64,000 nt of DNA from an uncultured Gammaproteobacteria bacterium (GTDB taxonomy: Bacteria; Pseudomonadota; Gammaproteobacteria; SZUA-229), in contig CAWUSX010000016.1 of NCBI GenBank assembly GCA_963924875.1, forward strand, positions 6,663-70,662, written 5' to 3'. Position numbers and translations under genes: made by a program. Below are positions 60,163 through 64,000 of this stretch, piece by piece; the stretch's first letter is position 1, and every line of letters begins with the position of its first letter. The notes under the pieces were generated by a model that searched no databases, was not told the DNA's origin, and saw only the letters and a program-made list of their open reading frames with translations.

Positions 60163-60984
60163 TTAAAAACTGCGTATCAAGCTAAAGCCGATACCAGAAT
60201 CAACGACTGAATCCGTTAAACCACCTAATACATATACATTGCCAGACCACTGTTTACTAAAACTTCGATATGCAGACAAACTTACGGATTGCCCTTCATC
60301 TGTTGTTTCAGTCGTCGCCTGCTGATAATCATATGCCACACTAAACGATGTTTGTGGATTTACTGAATACATAAATCCTGCCCGTGTAAAAAACACATCA
60401 TTATAATCTGTTAAATTAGTGTCACCAATAAGTAAATAACCAAGGCTAATAAATGGTTTCACATCGTGTTTTTGATACATACTATATAAATTAATCGAGT
60501 AGTCATTTTCTCCGGTACCCAATCCCTTACTAAGGCTTGCAGTACCCCATTTCGCTTGCGCCGTTAACTCATAAAACATATCACTGTTTTGTGGCATAAA
60601 CGCATATGAAATGCTGCTCAAAATATCACCCAAACCAGATTGTGTTTCCACCACTGTACTGGATGTACTACCGGACCCTGAGCCCATTATTGTATTAAGC
60701 ATACTGCTATTACTGACTGCACCATTGCTGCCCGGCGTGATACTTCCATCACCTGTTACGCTAATAAAAGGCACATTTAATCTTATGCGCCAGGCATCTT
60801 TTGTGTACTGCGCAAGCAATGGAACAGTTGTTATGTCTGTGGTATTTTCCAGACCATAATCACCACTGGTCTTCTCATATCCCACACTAAAGTTAAACTG
60901 GTTGTCGGCTATGCTGCTTGTAGACATAAGTAACAGAGCCAAAAATTTCAGGTTTAATATTTTACGCTTTATCATAAGCTGCAC
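60163..60984 (-). CDS. Outer-membrane beta-barrel protein (putative transporter/porin-like)
   Basis: 273 aa. Signal peptide, alternating amphipathic strands, and a C-terminal ...GFSLIRSF ending in Phe. Confidence 0.65.
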   Translation of the reverse strand: MQLMIKRKILNLKFLALLLMSTSSIADNQFNFSVGYEKTSGDYGLENTTDITTVPLLAQYTKDAWRIRLNVPFISVTGDGSITPGSNGAVSNSSMLNTIMGSGSGSTSSTVVETQSGLGDILSSISYAFMPQNSDMFYELTAQAKWGTASLSKGLGTGENDYSINLYSMYQKHDVKPFISLGYLLIGDTNLTDYNDVFFTRAGFMYSVNPQTSFSVAYDYQQATTETTDEGQSVSLSAYRSFSKQWSGNVYVLGGLTDSVVDSGIGFSLIRSF

Positions 60985-61098
60985 TCTAAATTTAAGATTC
61001 TTTAATTGTTACAGTGAAGCCATAGTAATGCCTACTTTACACGTGAAAGCTATCAATCGTGTAAAGCAGACAAATCATGCATGGCTCGTAATAACCCC

Positions 61099-61461
61099 TT
61101 AGTGTGTAATACGGTTCTGAATCATCATATTTTGACGCACCATTGGAGCGGAAACTGAAGCAGATGCCGAAGCTGATGTTGATGCTGAACCACTCTGGCG
61201 TATTTGCATTCTGTTCTGGTATTCATTACGTACCTGTTCTTTTTTCTGTTGCATTTCTTCTTTGCCCGACTGCTGCATCTCCTGCATTCGTGATCTAGCC
61301 TGAGCTGATTCGTTTTCAGATGCCTGTAAATTTGCCTCTATACGAACCTGTTCCTGCGAACGGATTTGAGTCGATTCAGCGTCTTCAGCCTTAACTACAC
61401 CTGTAGATACTGCCATGATTAATGTTGCACTAATAGCTAATAATATTTTGTTAGTCTTCAT
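61099..61461 (-). CDS. Small secreted Q/E/R-rich protein with Ser-Ala repeat
   Basis: Start at MKTNKILLAISATLIMAVSTGVVKA (ATG 61461). The mature part is low complexity (QEMQQSGKEEMQQKKEQ, SASTSASASASVS). Confidence 0.5.
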   Translation of the reverse strand: MKTNKILLAISATLIMAVSTGVVKAEDAESTQIRSQEQVRIEANLQASENESAQARSRMQEMQQSGKEEMQQKKEQVRNEYQNRMQIRQSGSASTSASASASVSAPMVRQNMMIQNRITH

Positions 61462-61833
61462 AATTACACCTTTTGATTTAGTTAACGTGGGATTATTTCC
61501 CACTTGTTGCAAATTATGCGTGTGAAATTTTCCCACGTCAACAACTATGTTCAACTAATATCATTAGTTGCCGACTAATTTGACCTATATCACATTGTGA
61601 TGCCGCTGAAGAAACAGTAGATTTCGCGGCTTATAAAAATGCTTATGTGAACACAGTTTAAAGGCATAAAGAGCGATATCTCAGCTTATAGGGTAAGAGC
61701 CACCCACAACGACACTACCAATTAAGGCAAGCCTCTTATCACCAGCGCGGGCAGCCGTTTAATCTCGATATTTTTTCCACAGCTTAATTAAAGCTGAAAA
61801 TATCAATATTAAAAATATTCAACTTCTGCTGTC

Positions 61834-63516
61834 GGCCCAGACTGTGTGAAAACTCAAATAACGATATAATTGCCTTTCCTAATTAATGGTTCACATTACA
61901 TGAGCGATTTCATAGAAGGTGAAGCGCGAACACAAGCTACCTTGTTTCCAGAGCGACTCGATGATTACATTGCAGAAGAAAATGCGGTTAGAGTTATCGA
62001 TGTCTTTATTGATGAACTTGATCTCACAAGTATGGGATTTAAAAACGATCCCTGCGATCACTGGTCGTCCGGCTTATCATCCAGCCACTATGTTAAAACT
62101 TTATGTCTACGGCTATCTAAATCGTGTGCAATCTACGCGCCGACTGGAACGAGAAGCCGGACGTAATGTTGAATTAATGTGGCTGCTGGGTCGACTCGTA
62201 CCGGACTTTAAACCATTGCAGATTTTAGAAAAAACAACACCCAAGCCATACGTTTAGTCTGTCGTGAGTTTGTGATGATCTGCCGTAAGCTGAATTTATT
62301 TAGTGAGGCATTTGTGGCTATCGATGGCAGTAAATTTAAATCCGTCAACTGCAGTGATCGGAATTACACGCGGGCTAAATTAAAACGTCGTTTGAACAGA
62401 TTGATGAAAGTATTAATAAATACCTGGCACAAATCGTCAGTGCAGATCGGCTGGAAACATCGGCTGCAAAAAACAAAACAGAACGTCTTAAAAGCAAGAT
62501 CACAAAACTGAAAATAGAAGTTGAACGCCTTAATAAAATTGAAGCGCAGTTACAAGCGGCACCGGATAAACAAATATCCCTAACCGACCCAGATGCACGC
62601 TCAATGAAACCGCGGGGCTCAGGTATCGTTGACTACAACGTACAAACGGCCGTGGATACTCGACATCATATTATCGTCGCCCATGAAGTCACTAAAGTAG
62701 GCACTGATCGCGCTCAATTAAAAAACATGTCATTACAAGCTAAGGCGGCTATTGGATGCAATAAACTCAGTGTGGTTGCCGATCGTGGTTACTATAATGG
62801 TCCAGAAATTAAAGATTGTGAAGACAACGGCATTACAATCTATTTACCCAAATGCCAGACATCGGGCAATCAAGACAAGGGTTTATTCGGTAAGCGTGAT
62901 TTTATCTATGACACGGAAAAAGATGAATATAAATGCCCTGCCGGTGAACGTGCTATTTACAGAAGTCGTCATGAAGAAAAAGGTAAAACAATAAAATGTT
63001 ATTGGTCATCTTCATGCAAGCACTGCCAAATAAAATTCCACTGTACAACCGGTAAAGAAAGACGTATCAGTCGATGGGAACATGAAGCAATTTTAGATAT
63101 TGTTGATGCCCGAATAGAACAAGAACCCGCACGAATGTCAGCAAGACGAAATACAGTTGAACATCCCTTTGGTACGATTAAATACTGGATGGGTTACACG
63201 CATTTTCATATGAAAACATTAGACCGCGTCAGTGCTGAAATGAGCTTGCATGTTCTGGCTTACAATTTAAAACGTGTTATGAATATTATGGGTATAGGTG
63301 AATTAATGGAGGCGATACAGGCGTAATGCCTTGATGCTTTAAAACCGATCTAAATAGGCTTCACTTAAAGCCTTAGAACACATGTTATTTTGAACATCGC
63401 AGTAAGTGCTAAAAAATACCATCAGCTAAAAAAGCCTGATATAAGCTGAATTATTGTTTATTCCGTCGTTTTAACCCATATGTTTATTAAATTGGAGTTT
63501 TCACACAGTCTGGGCC
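61834..63516 (+). mobile_element. IS1182-family insertion sequence, transposase inactivated by frameshifts
   Basis: Perfect 22-bp terminal inverted repeats: ggcccagactgtgtgaaaactc (61834-61855) and its complement (63495-63516). The internal ORFs carry IS1182-type transposase sequence. Confidence 0.88.
61900..63326 (+). pseudogene. IS1182-family DDE transposase, fragmented
   Basis: The reading frame hops 1>2>1>3 across track ORFs 61870, 61919, 62272 and 62604. The N-terminus MSDFIEGEARTQATLFPERLDDYIAEENAVRVIDVFIDEL and the C-terminal DDE region (ADRGYY...NTVEHPFGTIKYWMG) are typical. Confidence 0.85.
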
Positions 63517-63673
63517 AATAGGAGATGGACGGCATTTTAAATTTTATTTCCGAGTTCAATCAGAAGCAGTCCTTTGGACTCATGATTTTGCCAGGGAAAT
63601 ATCATCCAAAGCGGACAGTAGACATTCTAACTTACTATAAAAAATTTTAGATTATGTATTGCTCCTATAACAA

Positions 63674-64000
<327 letters not shown>

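Noticed and set aside
61555-61833. Searched the IS flanks and the 61.5-61.8 kb gap for a target-site duplication or second IS end
   Set aside because: No matching direct repeat was found at the two junctions. A short reverse-complement match (left-flank cttctgctg vs RC ctgcttctg of right-side cagaagcag) lies 40 bp from the right end and is too short to interpret.

Overview
The window looks like a chromosomal segment from an AT-rich gammaproteobacterium. It carries close counterparts of E. coli MltF, UvrB, YaiI, YciK, TatD, YcaO, RsmJ, MnmC, FolD, PpsA, CspA and DeaD. Most of it is housekeeping or ordinary accessory content: an MCP, an Fe-alcohol dehydrogenase, a PLD-family protein, a CPA2 antiporter, NnrS with redox proteins, an hpnCDE squalene module, an ABC exporter, an MFP-RND pump, a very large hybrid histidine kinase, and a Ser/Thr kinase with a PP2C phosphatase. 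There are four tRNA genes: Asn on the + strand, and a His-Arg-Pro cluster on the - strand. Between them lies the most unusual stretch, about 10.2-16.7 kb. It holds a tightly packed lexA / Y-family polymerase / miniature SRAP-like operon, and a hipBA toxin-antitoxin cassette bracketed by a ~70-bp direct repeat of the lexA 5' coding region. It also holds a secreted protein plus matrixin-like protease pair, and a highly structured ~118-nt element built on a split duplicate of the tRNA-Pro 3' end. Further downstream, a CZB-GGDEF cyclase gene sits in antisense between hpnC and hpnD, a bacterial homolog of eukaryotic GTDC1 (DUF3524 glycosyltransferase) is present, and an Sfp-type PPTase is translationally coupled to the RND pump. 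The right end has a frameshift-decayed IS1182-family element with perfect 22-bp inverted repeats, about 160 bp from the 3' end of a merA gene that runs off the window. I found no CRISPR array, rRNA, prophage, integrase or recognisable multi-gene defence system. I cannot point to a clear-cut novel system. The best candidates for follow-up are the lexA/hipBA rearrangement with the mini-SRAP cassette and the tRNA-Pro-derived structured element. All calls rest on reading the translations and sequence by eye; no database search was run.
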